Part shown: positions 34,201 through 49,200 of the stretch, piece by piece
Layout of the letters: every line of letters starts with the position of its first letter
Numbering within the stretch: position 1 is the stretch's first letter
Source: Ruditapes philippinarum
Taxonomy: Eukaryota
DNA length: 64,000 bases
Direction of reading: 5' to 3'
Assembly (NCBI RefSeq): GCF_026571515.1
Contig: NW_026861498.1
Location: 62,001 to 126,000 of the forward strand
The notes under the pieces: model-generated
Database searches by the model: none
What the model saw: the letters and a program-made list of their open reading frames with translations, nothing else
Told to the model about the DNA's origin: nothing
Program-made: the position numbers and the translations under genes

Positions 34201-37200
34201 CGTTCTATTCTTGAGAACGCATCACATGAGTTATGAAAATTGCATTTGCTATTTGTAAAATTCGATACAAGTAAAAATAGTAGCAATTTTTGCATGGCAA
34301 AGACAAATGTCTTGTAGCTAAGAAAAAATCCATTTTATAAACACGGAAAATTATAGTAATGTCATATTAGATTTAAAGAGAATAACGTAAACAACCAAAG
34401 TTTGATAAAAACGAAATTTAAAAAAGGATGTTTCTAAATAAGAACGTTGGTGCAAAAAAGAGTGAGACTAAAAAAGGATTGGAGCAGTACACTCAATATC
34501 GTATTCCGGTACATACCAGACAAGAGGTAACCGAGCCTGCAACATATTCAATTTTGACATGTTGGGCCTTCTTTAGGGATTCTTATTTTCTCTATTCTAT
34601 TTGAATGTTTAAATGCTAAAATTTCGCCTTTTCACCTTAAGAATGAACTTTAAAATGTCTGATTCATCTTTTCACACCGATTAATGTATGATAATTAATG
34701 AAAAATGTAATAATCGGCAAAAAAACGATATTTGTTTATTTTGTGATCATGATTTCTGCAAGCGTCAAGAGGTACTGCTCCAATCCTGTATTGAGTTAAA
34801 TCCATAAAAAATGCACGGATTCGAAACAAGTACAGAGGGAAATAATGAAATAATGTAGTACACTGAAAATCCTTAAAAAAGGTAATGAACCTTTATATGT
34901 AAAAATACTTGTGTTACATTTGACAAAATGACCAACGATAAGATTTAACAATGGTTATTAATCTTGAAAAATAGGACACTGTAAGATGCATGTGTTCCTA
35001 AATGAACTTGTCGTGTTTCTGTAAGGGAACTCAATTTCTAGCACCAACATCTACGTAGTACGTAGGCATTATATACATGTATCTATCAATGCATGATTGA
35101 TATGCAAAAATATATGAAAATTATAAACATTATATATCAACTGAACACATCAATGATCGTATATTCACTATAATATACAGGACACTTTTGAATATCATTA
35201 TCTGAGGGTACCTGATAAGTTTTAATTTTTGGTGTGTTTTTCAATATTTAAAAGTGAATGGATAAACTGATAGGATCATAAATATTATTGGCGGTCTCGT
35301 TACTTTAAACAAACTTTTAAAACTCGGCAAGTTCTTGTGTAAAATAAAATGTTTACTAGAAAAATGTAATGAGAACTGGACGCAATGTAATATTTTAATA
35401 ATAAATTGCCTTATGGAGAACAAAAAAAACCTTTTATTATTCAAACAAAACATTAAGTAGAGAACAAAAGCTGATAAACTACGTGCGTAAAACTGTAATA
35501 ACGTACAGGGGACCCATATTTCATCAATCCAATATGATATGTAAATTAAAAGTTGTTATTTTAATCCAGTGTTGAAATGCTATTTCTGATATAAAATAAG
35601 TTATTTTAGGTCTCCTCTTCATCAAAATTGTGTATTTTATCGTTTCAGATTGCGGCACACCAAACAACATTCATCATGGGACTATTTCGCTTGTCGAAGA
35701 TGGAAACAGCGGTTATGGCGCGTTAGCCAATGTCGTCTGCGACAAAGGTTATGAGTCCGCAGATAAAACAGTAAGCTGTTTAGATACGGGTTTGTGGAAT
35801 ACAACCGAATGCAACCTTAAAGGTAGTCAATTGTTTACATGTTCATGCCTCTTTTTATGATTGATTTCAAGGATGTTTATTATATCTTCATTATGTATAC
35901 AAATTATCGAAGACCTTGTCCACTTATATCTTGTCAAGAAACACTACTCAAGAAGGTATTCATTTCTTATCTGTCTTAAATTCTGTACGACGTTGTGGTG
36001 TAACTGGGTTGAATACCTATAATTTACAAATTTCAAATTAAATTTGCTATGTAAATGGACCAGCGATTATTTGTTTTCAGTTATATAATCACAATTTTAC
36101 CGACATTTTTCTGAAATATAATATCTGAACTATAATACAAAGGTTAATATATAATAAATATTCTAAGTGATTTATTTTTATTTCAACAGACTGCGGATCA
36201 CCCTTCAACATATCCAATGGTATAATCACGCTTGTCACCGATGGAAACACTACTTATGGCGCAAAAGCAAATGTTATATGCGACGAAGGATTTCAAGTGA
36301 AAGGTAAGGCAACAACAATTTGATACATGTATTGCAATATGTAATCATGACAAACCATATTAATGATTATTGATTACCCAATCAACATTCTTCGCTACGC
36401 GATCAGCATTAGTCATCATCATTTGTAGGTTTGTTTACGTCTTCCGTCGCTATACGATCATAACTTTTACAACGCAATCGTAATTCAATTCATTAAGTTA
36501 CCATCGTACATCGCTATACGATAACTACTTTGATTACTACGCGATCATTACTGTTGCTACTTTATCACCATTCGTCACAATGTGATCATCACTTTTACAA
36601 CGCGATTATTGTTCATCACTACGTTATCATCATTCACGCGATCATCATTTTACAATACAATAATCCTTTGTCTTTACGATATCATCATTTGTCTTTACGC
36701 CATCATAATTAGTCTAAACGCCATTATTATTTGTCACTATATTGTCATAATTTGTTTTACGCTATCATCATTTGTCTGTAAGATATAATCATTTGTATTT
36801 ACACAATCTTCAATTGTTTCTACGCTCCCTTTTTTGTCTTTACGCTTTCATCATGTGTATCTACGCTATCATCATTTTCCTCTTCATAATCTTCTTTGTT
36901 TCTACGCAATTATCATTTGCCTCTACAAGATCTTTATTTGTTTGTACGCTATCATCATTTGCCTCTACATGATCTTTACTTGCTAGTACGCTATCACCAT
37001 TTGCCTCTATATAATCTTTATTTGTTTCTACGCTATCATAAATTTGTCTTTATAATCAACCTGTTTGTTTGCATATCTAATAAGATACTTTCTCTTAAAT
37101 AGGAAATTGCAGTAGTAATGAATTTCAATGTGGCGACGGTTCATGTCTCCCAAACAGTAAGAGATGCGACAGCTTTCCTGATTGTCCTGACGAACTTGAT

Positions 37201-40200
37201 GAATTACTATGTTGTAAGATAGCTGACATTTTATATTATGCCATCAATAGTGAATTTTTTAGGGTTTAATAAAATAGATTATTTTTAGAGAGAAAACTTA
37301 TTTAGAACAATGTTTGAAAGATTTTTCACAGTTCGTCTGACAAATAATTTCTTCAAATGCAAAATGATAAACCTTTAAACAAATTTTGATAATGAAGTAT
37401 ATTTAACATGTGTTATATTATCGTTTTGTTCTCTTGATTTCAGCGGATCAAACAAATTGTGCCGAAGGTCAGAAATTATGTGGCAAGTCATGTGTAGACT
37501 CAAACTACACTTGTACAGGTATGTAAAATTGTCAGAAATAGAAAATTTAGTTAAAGCCGATTTTGACCTGGACTTATTTTTTTAGGCATCTCGATGATCG
37601 AAATTTAAAATTTGCAAAAGGTCGAATTTCGAGCAGGAGTTGAATAACGAGCTAGCTTGCAGATCGAAATTCAAAAGTACAAATGGCCAAACCATATAAT
37701 TATGTCATGGTCAGGAATTAACTCTCTTGTTTTGATTAACTAGCATTCTAAACGATAGATGTAACATAATTAAATATTTTAATTCAGTGTTTGTGGCATT
37801 TCAGATAGTGGAACTGATGAGGAAGAAACAGAATTTAGTAATGGTATTATTAGTTGCTTAGTGATAGGAAGATGGGAGATTGTCCAGTGTGTACCAAAAG
37901 GTTTTTAGCTAAAGTTTCTAGCTTATGTAAAATTACACTTCTATGCCATCCTTTTTAACATTTGGGAAACATTTAAAGGTTTTTCATTTAGATACACATA
38001 CATTGATATTAATCAAACATGCTTTAAATATCAACAATACGTGACACACTGCACGATGAACGACATTTTGAATATTAGGACATAATTCTACTTTCAATTG
38101 ATCTTTGTTTCTGTCAATATGTGTTTCATTGTGTACACTTACAAAATGTAAAGTACTATTCCGGTGCAAAGCTATCATTTCTTCAGTATTTTAAATTTAA
38201 TATGATATATTTTCTGAACAAAATCAAATGTATCAATTTTAAGAATACCTATTCCAAAACGTGTATAATACATGCCATATTAGAAATCTGACTCGTCAGC
38301 GCTATCGAAGACGCCAATTCACTGTTATACATATATTGCAGTTATATGCATATTTACATTAAAACATGCAATTGAATGGGAAGGCACATATTGTAGTTGA
38401 CTCCAAAGTGTTAGGTGATCAATGTGGTCAGTAAGTTAGACCAAACATTATCAAATTTATTCTGTTTTCTATTCTTTAATAAAATCCATCACAATTATTA
38501 TCATTGTAAAGTCAAGTGAAATAAATGGTATTGAATAGTTTCTTTTATTATTTAGACTGTGGTACGCCGGCAGGTCTTCAGTATGGTTCCTTTTCCCTGA
38601 TAGAACCAGGAAAGACTATTTATAGATCTATGGCTCACGTCACGTGTGATAACGGTTTTATAGCATCAGTCGATCAAATTTCATGCCTGGCAAATGGATC
38701 ATGGGCGTTTGTTAGTTGCTTTGTTGGTAAGTATTTGCTATGTAATTCTAACTGATCATGGGAGTTTGTCAGTTACATTCATTATAACTGAATTCTAATT
38801 AGTGGGGGCCTATATTATATTGAAGATTTATGGTGAAACAGTGTGATTTCATTTTTTTTATTATTACACTTCTATAGATTGTGGAGCTCCATATACGATT
38901 AAAAATGGTACCATCAATTTAGAACGTTCTGGTTTCACAACGCTGCAATCTACCGCTAACGTGTCATGTGACACTGGATTTGATAGGTCTACGGACTCGA
39001 TAAGTTGCCTGGCAAATGGTACTTGGGAACAAGCGTCCTGCATCATCAAGGGTAATAAATTTCATATACATTTCACATGTGATGTAATAGATAACTTAAA
39101 AAATACACATTATTTCGATTTTAAAACTCCTTTTCGATTAGAACATAATGTCAGCCTAATTATTCCTTGTGAAGTTAAGAAGTTGTTATAAACATACGTT
39201 GAAAATATACAAGCAGAAATCACAGTTAGCAAAATCGGTCTGAAATATTTGTATTCTAGATTTTTTACACGTTTCTTCTATAGCACTTTCATTTTAAATT
39301 TCCGGATACTTAATGGTGAAGTTTGTCATGAGTGGTATCATAATGTTGATTTGTCAAGGGAGAAAGCTACTATGTACACATTTATCATAAATCAGTTCTG
39401 TTCATCAACTTTGACAATACTTATGTATATCATATATCTTAAGATTGTGGCGAGCTGGCATCAATTGATAATGGATCATTAACTCTGACAATCCCTGAAA
39501 AGACAACTTACCAATCAAAGGCAAATGTTACGTGCAGCGACGGATTCGACGAGTCTCTTGAGTTTATACAATGCAAAGCGGATGGAACATGGCAAGATGC
39601 TTCTTGTATTATAAAAGGTAAACTCAAAGCTAGTTAAAGCCCGTGTTCAACTGCTAATAAAATGGATCTTGAACATCCTTATCTTTTTATTATTTTATGT
39701 TTGCTCTTATTCTTTGACTTCCTTTGTCTTTATTTGTTGTTTATTGTAACACTTTTATTATTCCAATATAGATTAATGTCGTTTGTAAAATTTCATTTGA
39801 TACTAGTTAATAGTCCAAAATACGTCAAAACTTTCATTTCAATTTATGGCGGAAAAAAAGTTTACATTTTGTGTTGGAAGAACCATTATTGAATCATTTC
39901 ATGCAATTAAAATTCTGTGAGATTGACTAATGCCATTGACTATTTTCTGATGTTCTGTTTTTGAAATTAACTGCTTTGTTATTGAAGCAGGGAATTTAGC
40001 TAAATGTTATTTATCTTTGCGATGACATTATACAAGAACATTTTCAATAAAAGTATAAAACATTTTAGATGATGTCAAATTATAGTGTTTCGTATCCTGG
40101 AGGTATTAAAACATTGACAATAATAGTCAGGTTTTTTTTTAATTTCTTCTCAGATAATTTACTTTTTGAAAATAGTCCCATAAATGTTGTCTCAACCATT

Positions 40201-43200
40201 AATTTGTAGTTTGCTTTAAATACAATAACAATATCAAGAATTTATGATCAAAGGAAGATAACTCAAATACAATACTAGTGTATATTATTTAGTGAAAACT
40301 TGAGTTGTGAACCAGATAAGATTATTTTTCAAATCAATATTGTATATTCTAATGTTTTTATAGACTGCGGAGCACTTCCGGAAATAAACAATGGAACGCT
40401 TACAGCGGAAGAAACAGGACAAAGCACTTATCTGTCTAAAGCAACAGTAACATGTGACACTGGATTTGACAGTTCAAACGATTCAATTGTGTGCCAGGCA
40501 AGTGGTGTCTGGGAAGATGTATCGTGTATAATAAAAGGTAAAACAGAATGAGCAGAATCGCTGTAAAACTCTGTCTGTCTCCGGTTAGTTCCGTATGCGT
40601 CTTTTCTGTGAAAAATATTTGAATTTATAACTATATGATTTATACATATTGTTGCCTATCCAGGTAAGTGACGAAACTCGTTGACTCTACTCATGGAGGT
40701 GCTCTCCACCAGTAAAGCTGAAAAGTCGTCGCATGAGTGTAGATTGATATAAGGGACTATATTTTTTTGTGGCAATATACTTTTATTTAGCAATTTTGCA
40801 TTGCTTGATTGTAATATCAATAGTAAAAGACACATTATTCATTTTTCAAACTATATTTTATTGATTACATCAATAGCGTAAATAACTTTGGTTTGTACAG
40901 GTTCTTGCAGAAATTGAACACTGCACATGTTAAAATATTCACAAATGTAGCACTGTAATATTGTTTCTATCCTTATATTGTCATATTTCAGACTGTGGAG
41001 CGCTTAAAACAATTAAAAACGGAACTTTAGACGAGGACTCACCTGGTCAAACAAAATATCTTTCAACAGCAACAGTGTCATGTGATACGGGCTTTGATAG
41101 CTCAAACAATTCTATATCATGTCAATCGAATGGCGAATGGCAAAATGCGTCTTGCATAATAAAAGGTTCACGCACTTACTATCATATTATGGTAGTATGA
41201 TTAAATGTAACTTTTCATTTTAAATTATATCGCTAATGCGAACGAAAATGATATAAGTAAATCAGTTTCTATATAGAACAATATAGATAAATGAATATTT
41301 ACTACGTATTACATGTAAGTTTGAAATGATGTGTTATTCTTCATTCACAAATAATTCAAACAACTATGTATTCTAGACTGTGGCGACCCTGGCCGTGTCA
41401 ACAATGGGAATATATCTTTGACGAGGGCCGGCAAAACAATATACCTGTCCGAAGCAAGTGTCACGTGTGATCCTGGATACACTGAGTCAACTGACGTTAT
41501 ATCCTGTCAGGCGGATGGAAAATGGCAAGACGCCACCTGTAAAATTAAAGGTACATAGTACTGGTTTTCCTTAAATTAAAATGTTGTTATATTAGACTAT
41601 CTATGATTGTTATTTTTAACCGATGCTCGAAAGTGGATTTCTTTCCATTAAAATGTGAACTGAATTGTGTGAACATCGTTTCATTGTTGATCATGGTTCT
41701 CATATTTTCTTTTGGCTGTCACTTAACTTGACATCTTCTTTGAAATCCATATTAATTTTTTGAAACAACTTTTTGAACAATTGAAGAAATAGCGCTGAAC
41801 ATGCAGTATTGTGTCGTAACGGAAGTAAAATGTAAACCAAGTTGCATTTTGATTTCCATAGAATATACTATTTCACTATAATAATACCAGTTGCCAACAT
41901 AACACAATCAGCGAAAGATTGTTTATGTATTTAGCAAATTAGTATGTTTGGATACTGTAACGAGATACCAAAACTTAAGAAGTTTTCGAGAAATAAAAAA
42001 TGATAGCACTTCAACAGTATACAATGTAATTGGTCTTCAAGAAACATTCATGTTACTTACCTTTGAATTCTATAACAATTTGTAGATTGTGGCATACCAA
42101 ATCAAATCCAAAATGGTAAAATCGAAGCAGACTCAGAACAAACAACATATTTGTCTTCTGCAACAGTTAGTTGTGACACTGGCTTCGACAGCACAACAGA
42201 CTCAGTAATATGTCAAACGGATGGTTCATGGCAAGACGCATCATGTGTTATAAAGGGTAATGGCCATGTTAACATAAGCGGCGAAGCTTCTTCATCAATC
42301 AATTTAATCTCAACGTGATTTTTGTCTTCTTTGTTGTTCCTAAAGTATCCAGATATCTAATTGTAAATAGTTTTAACGCGCAGTTTTGTATGATTTCGTT
42401 ATTGAATTTTAATTAATAAATATTCAAATGCTATTTTCACCATTATTATGCATTTAGTTCTTTAAACAATTACATGTAATAAGTACCATATAACAACTAT
42501 CATAATGGGTATTTAAATGTATATATTTCGATTCTGATGTTTTAATATGTTACATATATACCTATCTTTTTCTGGCGTTAAAAAGCTCCAAACATTTCAA
42601 TTTTCAGATTGTGGGGATGTACAAACAATTAATAACGGAAGCATTACTTTAGATCAGCCTGGCGCAACAAAATACCTTGCTACTGCAACAGTAGCATGTG
42701 ACCCTGGATTTAACAAGACAATAGCGTCGATAAAATGCCAAGCGAATGGCAAATGGATGGACGCCTTTTGTGTCATTGAAGGTAGAAAACAAAATGTTAT
42801 CTTTTATTTATGACTTAACGATTTACTGATATATAATGATTTTGCTTTTCGTTCAACTTTGATACACTAAAATGTAAGGGTTCTGGGACTTTAAAACACA
42901 TTAAAATTATTTGAAAGGAATTTAATCTACAAAATAAATTTACTAACATATGCTGATTTCGAGATTAATGGAAATGTTAGTTTATGAAACATATATACAT
43001 AAACAACATAGTTACAAGTGGTTTACTTTTCCTTTCTTATCTAAAGTAAAAATGTATGAAATGCAATATAGACTGGTTTGATTTTGGGAAAATGTTCATC
43101 CTAACGGCATTTTTTAGTACAAGCAGGTAGTTGGGCTTACTTACCTATTTTGAGTACGCTGAGTTCATTTTTTGTTCTACCACGGCTGTATTTTTAGTCC

Positions 43201-46200
43201 TTGACCTTTAAAAATCAATTTCAAAATGGCCGCCATTGAATTTTTTAATTTTACTTTAATTTTCCCATGGGCGAGATATATACACATTTTTTGGCATTTT
43301 AATTTAATGCTTTGTTAATTTTTCTCTGCTGAAGTGTGGACGAGAAGAATAGATGCAAAAATAATAAAATTTATTGCGGCAGCCATCTTGGATTTCAAAA
43401 TGGCTGACAATTTCCTATGTTTTATACACTGTATTATAATTAAAGTAAACAAGCACAAGAAGACATTTCACCACGCATGATTTCTTTTATAAGAAGTTCA
43501 GTGATACTAATTAAGACTTCCAAGCGCAGATTTTGAAAGACATCCATTAAAACTACAACTTTATGGTGCAAAAAGGTCACAATTTATACCCTAATACAAC
43601 GTAAATGAGAGTCATATTTGCGTTCACTTTGTCATTGAGATGTTATTTTTATACTTCTAAGAATACAATGCATGTTCGTTAAATTGAATTTGTATCGCTC
43701 TGAGAGGGGACCTGCTCAATTGTCTGTTCGTCTGTCTATCTGTCCGAGCGTCCTCTTGTGTCTGTTAGGGGTATTTGCGATCACAATTTGGCGTTTAGAT
43801 TAATTCCGTATACCCCCAACCTATAGGATGAATCATTGGTTATGGGAGGCAAAAGGCTGCTTTTGGAGTAAGAAACAAACATGAAGATAACAGACATCTT
43901 CACAAATCTCTCAGTAAGAGCTTGTCCCTGTCTATCCGTTTTTAATCCCGTCCATATCTGTCATTTTTGGATAGATTTTGAAATAAGTTGCATTAATGTG
44001 TGGCACATTGATACAATGTCATAAGAAAGACCCAGGTTTGAAGCTCAACTCCACAAGTTAGACTTGAAAGTGCTTGAAAAAAGATGTGCGTTTAGTATTC
44101 TGTCATTAAGAGATGGATTTTGAAAAAAGTTGAGCATAAATATACGGCCTATAACGGATTTGGGAAATTGTGTACCTTATATTATTACTTAATCTTCAAA
44201 CAGGGATACCATGAAAATTGTTTACTTATTTCTTATGTCAATTGCGCAAGAACATGTACTGGGACATGTAGTGATTGAGAGCCAATTCAACAGTCCAAAG
44301 ATCAGGGTCATGTCTATCAAGAAAGACAACAATTTTTCTCGCACGACATGATATTTAAAAAAAGTCTTAGTATTCCCAAAAGTAATATAGGAATCGCCAT
44401 CCAGGCTGTCATTCGAAAAAATGTTTTTTCATGAAATGGACTACATTCCTTAATAATAGAGTTAATGTTTCTTCTTGTAAGAGAAATATTCCATATGGTG
44501 TTTATCCCATGGAAGCCCCTACATACTAGTGCCGAGCTTCGTGCATGAGGATAGTATTTCATTTGCTTATATAGGTAACCCGACAAGAACATGGTGGTTG
44601 AGGCCCCTGTGTTAGGACTTTTGTCGTCTATTTTGTTATCATGTGGTATTAAATTATCTGTTTTGATTGACCTAGAGCAGGCGGTGTACGGGTAAAAATA
44701 TTTAAATCTTGTTAATTGTATATGCCGCCGTCCTGGAACGACAATAACTGCGTAAATGTGTAATTTGAAAAGGTCGTGTCATGCACAAGCAGGGTTATGT
44801 CTACAGTTAAACTTCTATATCATAAATCATGATATAAACGTAACAAGATGGTTGTGTCCGATCTATAACTTTCTCATTAATTGATGCCTTTTGAAATAAT
44901 AATTCTGCATAAATATATGGCACATTGGGACAATGAGTCACATGTAAACCCATATGATGATGTAAATCAAAGATCAAAATCATACTTTCACTTCGAACAA
45001 AATATTTTCCTTAAAGTGTCTGGTTAACGATTTTGTCATTCATGGATGAATTGAAAATCATTTGGGATAAATATGGTGCCTCTTTGTAAGTAGACATGTA
45101 ACGGACAAATGTTTCAAGGTCACACTTGTATTTCAAAAGTCATTGTATGAGAGTGCATATGTGGCCATGTATAGTCCATATATGTGTTATTCAGCGAGAG
45201 CTAAGAATAAATACGTGGTACTTTGAAACAATTTGTCTTGAGTGAGAAAAGAATTGTCGCATAAAGTAAGATTTCAGACATTAAAGGTCATATTTTGAAG
45301 GTCATGTCCGGTCATGAATTCTGTCATTCATTAGATGGATATTGGCATAACTGGGCATACATTTGTGGCACATTAGGACTACTTGTAATGCTTAAACACT
45401 AGGTTGACAGCTGGATAGGTCAATTTAAAACATTGATGGTTGTGTCTATATCTTTGTCATTTATTAATGAATGCTTTTTAAAATAATAAGGTTTACCGAA
45501 GATATAAATAAATGCTTCTTAATATTTCTAATGTTTGTAAAACTTGTAAGACTACAGTAACCATGCCTTCAATGTAAAGAATGGAAAACAAAATTAACAA
45601 GGAAAGTGGCACACCCTTGTTTATCTTTGTTTTACATAATTGTCAGGATAGTGCAAAATTGGTGGTACACATTTTAGTGACTAAAATTACACTAAGAAAT
45701 ACCAAAGTAATTTAATGGAGTGATCGTAGAAAAAAATATGAGATTAAATATTTATATTGTGGCAAATGACATCAAAATACATGTATGTTATATCATAATG
45801 GAATAAGATACTCATCAATTTCTTGAAAGATAGCCAATACAAGAACATAATAAGTATGAAGATTTGAATTATAGTCACTTGAATGATTTTAAAACATGAG
45901 ATAGAATAAGGCGCAGCGTCCTTGGCAAGGTGACATAATATAATGAAGACATTGATATTAATTAAGACAATAAATTGTCAATATATTAACTGCAGAATTG
46001 GTATCAATTATCTGTCTAATCTTCTATGCATGTACCATCATCAAATACCCGCGGTAGACCTATAATGTTTTACTCTATATTATTCATTAACCGTAAGACA
46101 GTGCAAGCTCGTAGACTATTCATGGTTCATGTTTGCGAGACTTTTTTGTTCAAAGTGAAAGATAATAAAGATTATAACGACCTTACCATTTATTTGAGTT

Positions 46201-49200
46201 TATTTCAATTAATAAATAGATGATCTGTTTTTAACCATGTCTATGCATGTTTAAAGTTTGATTGATAAATACGACCCTTTATAAAGTAGCTATATCAATA
46301 CAACAATAAAAATATATCGTATAAACACATATGCGGATGTTTCTAATTTCCAAATTTCGAAATTCCCCCTTTTATATATGAATTTTGCGTAGGCAGGTGC
46401 TAGGGTGCTTGAACGGTACCTTGCAATTTCAAGTAGCTGTTTTTTTTTTTCTATTTTAAATCGGGTCGTACAATAGATATTGTTGCAAAGACATGCGGGC
46501 CCGGAGACATAGTCGCTGACCTGTGAAGATGACAGGCAATATTTAAAATATTTACATACTGACCTTGACTCTTGGCATTCAAATTATAAAATGACCTAGT
46601 GTCCATAAAGGTTTACACAAATGCTATTCTATCAAAATAAAAAACAACCTTAAACATCTAATGGAAAATTAAAATTTGTAAGACATTTGGGATCTCAGAT
46701 ACCTGATATAGATTAATTGTCCAAAAGGAATGACCTGTGATAGTTTGAAGTTATGATGTAAATTGAAGTGTGCAGTATACCTACACAGTGTGTACAATTC
46801 GATATGACATGTTGCTTATATCATTTTACAATTTTTGATACTCATTCCTACAGAAGGATCCATTTGTTTAAAAACACTTTACTTATATTTGTTAAAAAAG
46901 GTGTCCATTTTGAAATCAAAGATGTCCAGCATAGCAGTCAATGTGTAAAGCATGTATAATTATTAGCCAATTATTCCTAAAAGTAATTGAAACTTTATTC
47001 CATGTAGATTAAAGGACATATGATACGATATGTACCAGAAATAATAATGTTTTACGTAGATGGTAAAGGACAATGGCGGCCATTTTGATTTGACCTTTAG
47101 AAGGTCAAGGACTTTTCGAGTACAGCCGTGGTAGAGCAAAAAATGGATTCAGCGTACCCGAATTATCTAAAAACGATTGACTACCTGCTTGCACTAAAAA
47201 TGCCGTTAGACTCTTAACGGAGGGTCTTTTCTGAAAATCAAACCCGTCTAAGGGTCTTTTCTGAAAATCAAACCCGTCTAATAATTTTGTATTCGTGTTC
47301 ATGTATTTCAGATTGTGGAGAGCCTAATCAAATAGATAATGGTGAAATAATTGCGGACATGGACAAAACATCATATCTTTATACTGCAAATGTTTCCTGT
47401 AACATTGGTTTTGACAAGTCTGCTGAATTTATTTCTTGTCAACAAAATGGTGAATGGCAGAATGCTTCTTGTACCATTAAAGGTAATTTAATTGTTGAGA
47501 TTTTTTGTTTAAGAATACAGCGTTGCTTGCATACGCCATCATCAGCTATGGATCAACAAATCAATTTTATAAGTTCTCTGCAAAAATATTTTGTTAATTC
47601 TGTCTAAAATTTACGAAACTACCTACTATAAGAATTACTTTGATATTTGATGACCAAGGTCCTCAAGTTTTTTCACTCCGTTTAGCAAGTGCCCCTGATA
47701 GCTAAAATGTGTGTTTTGACTTAAGTTGTAATCGCATGGGCCATCAACACGAGCATAAATTATTTCAGGATAACATGTCTTTGATTATAATTCTAAAGAA
47801 TATGTCCATTTTTGCTAGTGGTCCTCTTAGAATGATTATTATTCTTCATGATTATACGTAAATTGTAACCTTTGACACATTTTCAGACTGTGGAACACTT
47901 AAAACAATTTCAAACGGAAAGTTGACGGAGGATACACCTGGTATAACAACATATCAATCCACTGCAACAGTGTCGTGTGAGACTGGCTTTGATAACTCCA
48001 CCGATTCTATATCATGTCTAGCGAACGGCGAATGGCAGGATGCCTCATGTATTATTAAAAGTAAATGTTCTTAATAAAAAGTACTTTTTAGATATTAAAA
48101 AACTTGAACAAGTTTATAAAGAAGAATTATAGTTTATTAAAACATACCATTATAGAAGTATCGTATTATTCAAATTGAAGAAATTAAAGTATTTTGAATT
48201 TGGCTCGATAGAAGTAAAGTATCATAAAAGAGTAAATTGATGATATAAGGAAAAAGCTCAATGAAAAAAAAACAAAGAAAGAAATTTAACGGTAATTCGA
48301 ATTGATTTTCAAAGTAAGCGTACATCCGTTACAGATTTATCTTATTTCTCTTCAGTTAAATAATTCAAACTTATCTTATATTTGCTTTGATTACATTTTG
48401 ATATCTATAAGTGTTACTATATAAGATCTGTTTCATGACTAAACGAAATAAATATATCTATGATCTGAATTGTAGATTGCGGTGACCTTTCGGAAATTAA
48501 CAATGGCTCTTTAACTTTAACGGACAGCAATAAATCTACATATCTCTCTAATGCGACAGTTGATTGTGATCCTGGATTTAGAGAATCAATTAAAGTCATA
48601 TCATGTCAGGATAATGGACAGTGGCAAGACGCATCTTGTATTATCAGAGGTAACAAAGTTTATTACTTCTTTGTCTACAAGGCATTATAGGTATATTAAT
48701 GTTTTAGTATAAATGATCTTAGATCTCAATGGCATTGAAACATATCAATAAACAACCAATGGTCTCTTGCTTATAAAACCTTATAGAAACATGGTTATTA
48801 TTCATATTTTGACAATATGAGCAACACCAGATGTATTTTTATTTGTGGTTTTGTTTCTATTGTTTTCATGTAGACTGTGGCGCTCCGGGACAAATTCAGA
48901 ACGGTTCAATAGTAGCGAATTCAGGGCAAACAACGTATTTGTCCTCTGCAGCAGTTAGTTGTAACATTGGCTTCGACAGCACAACAGACTCGGTAATATG
49001 TCAAGCGAATGGTTCATGGCAAGACGCATCCTGCATAATAAAAAGTAATGATTAATTTTATTGAGATTACCATGTTAAAAATATATATATACTTAAAACA
49101 CCAAGTGTTAAATTTATTGTTACAGTAGTGACTATATTATTTTACATTTTTATAATACCGCATATCACAAATATTTTTTCATATGAAACAATTGATATCT

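Noticed and set aside
36530-37102. His/Ile-rich ORFs
   Set aside because: Artefacts of the intronic ATCATC minisatellite.
44317-44592. 91-aa ORF inside the TIR element as a possible transposase
   Set aside because: No DDE/D, zinc-finger or HTH motifs recognisable.
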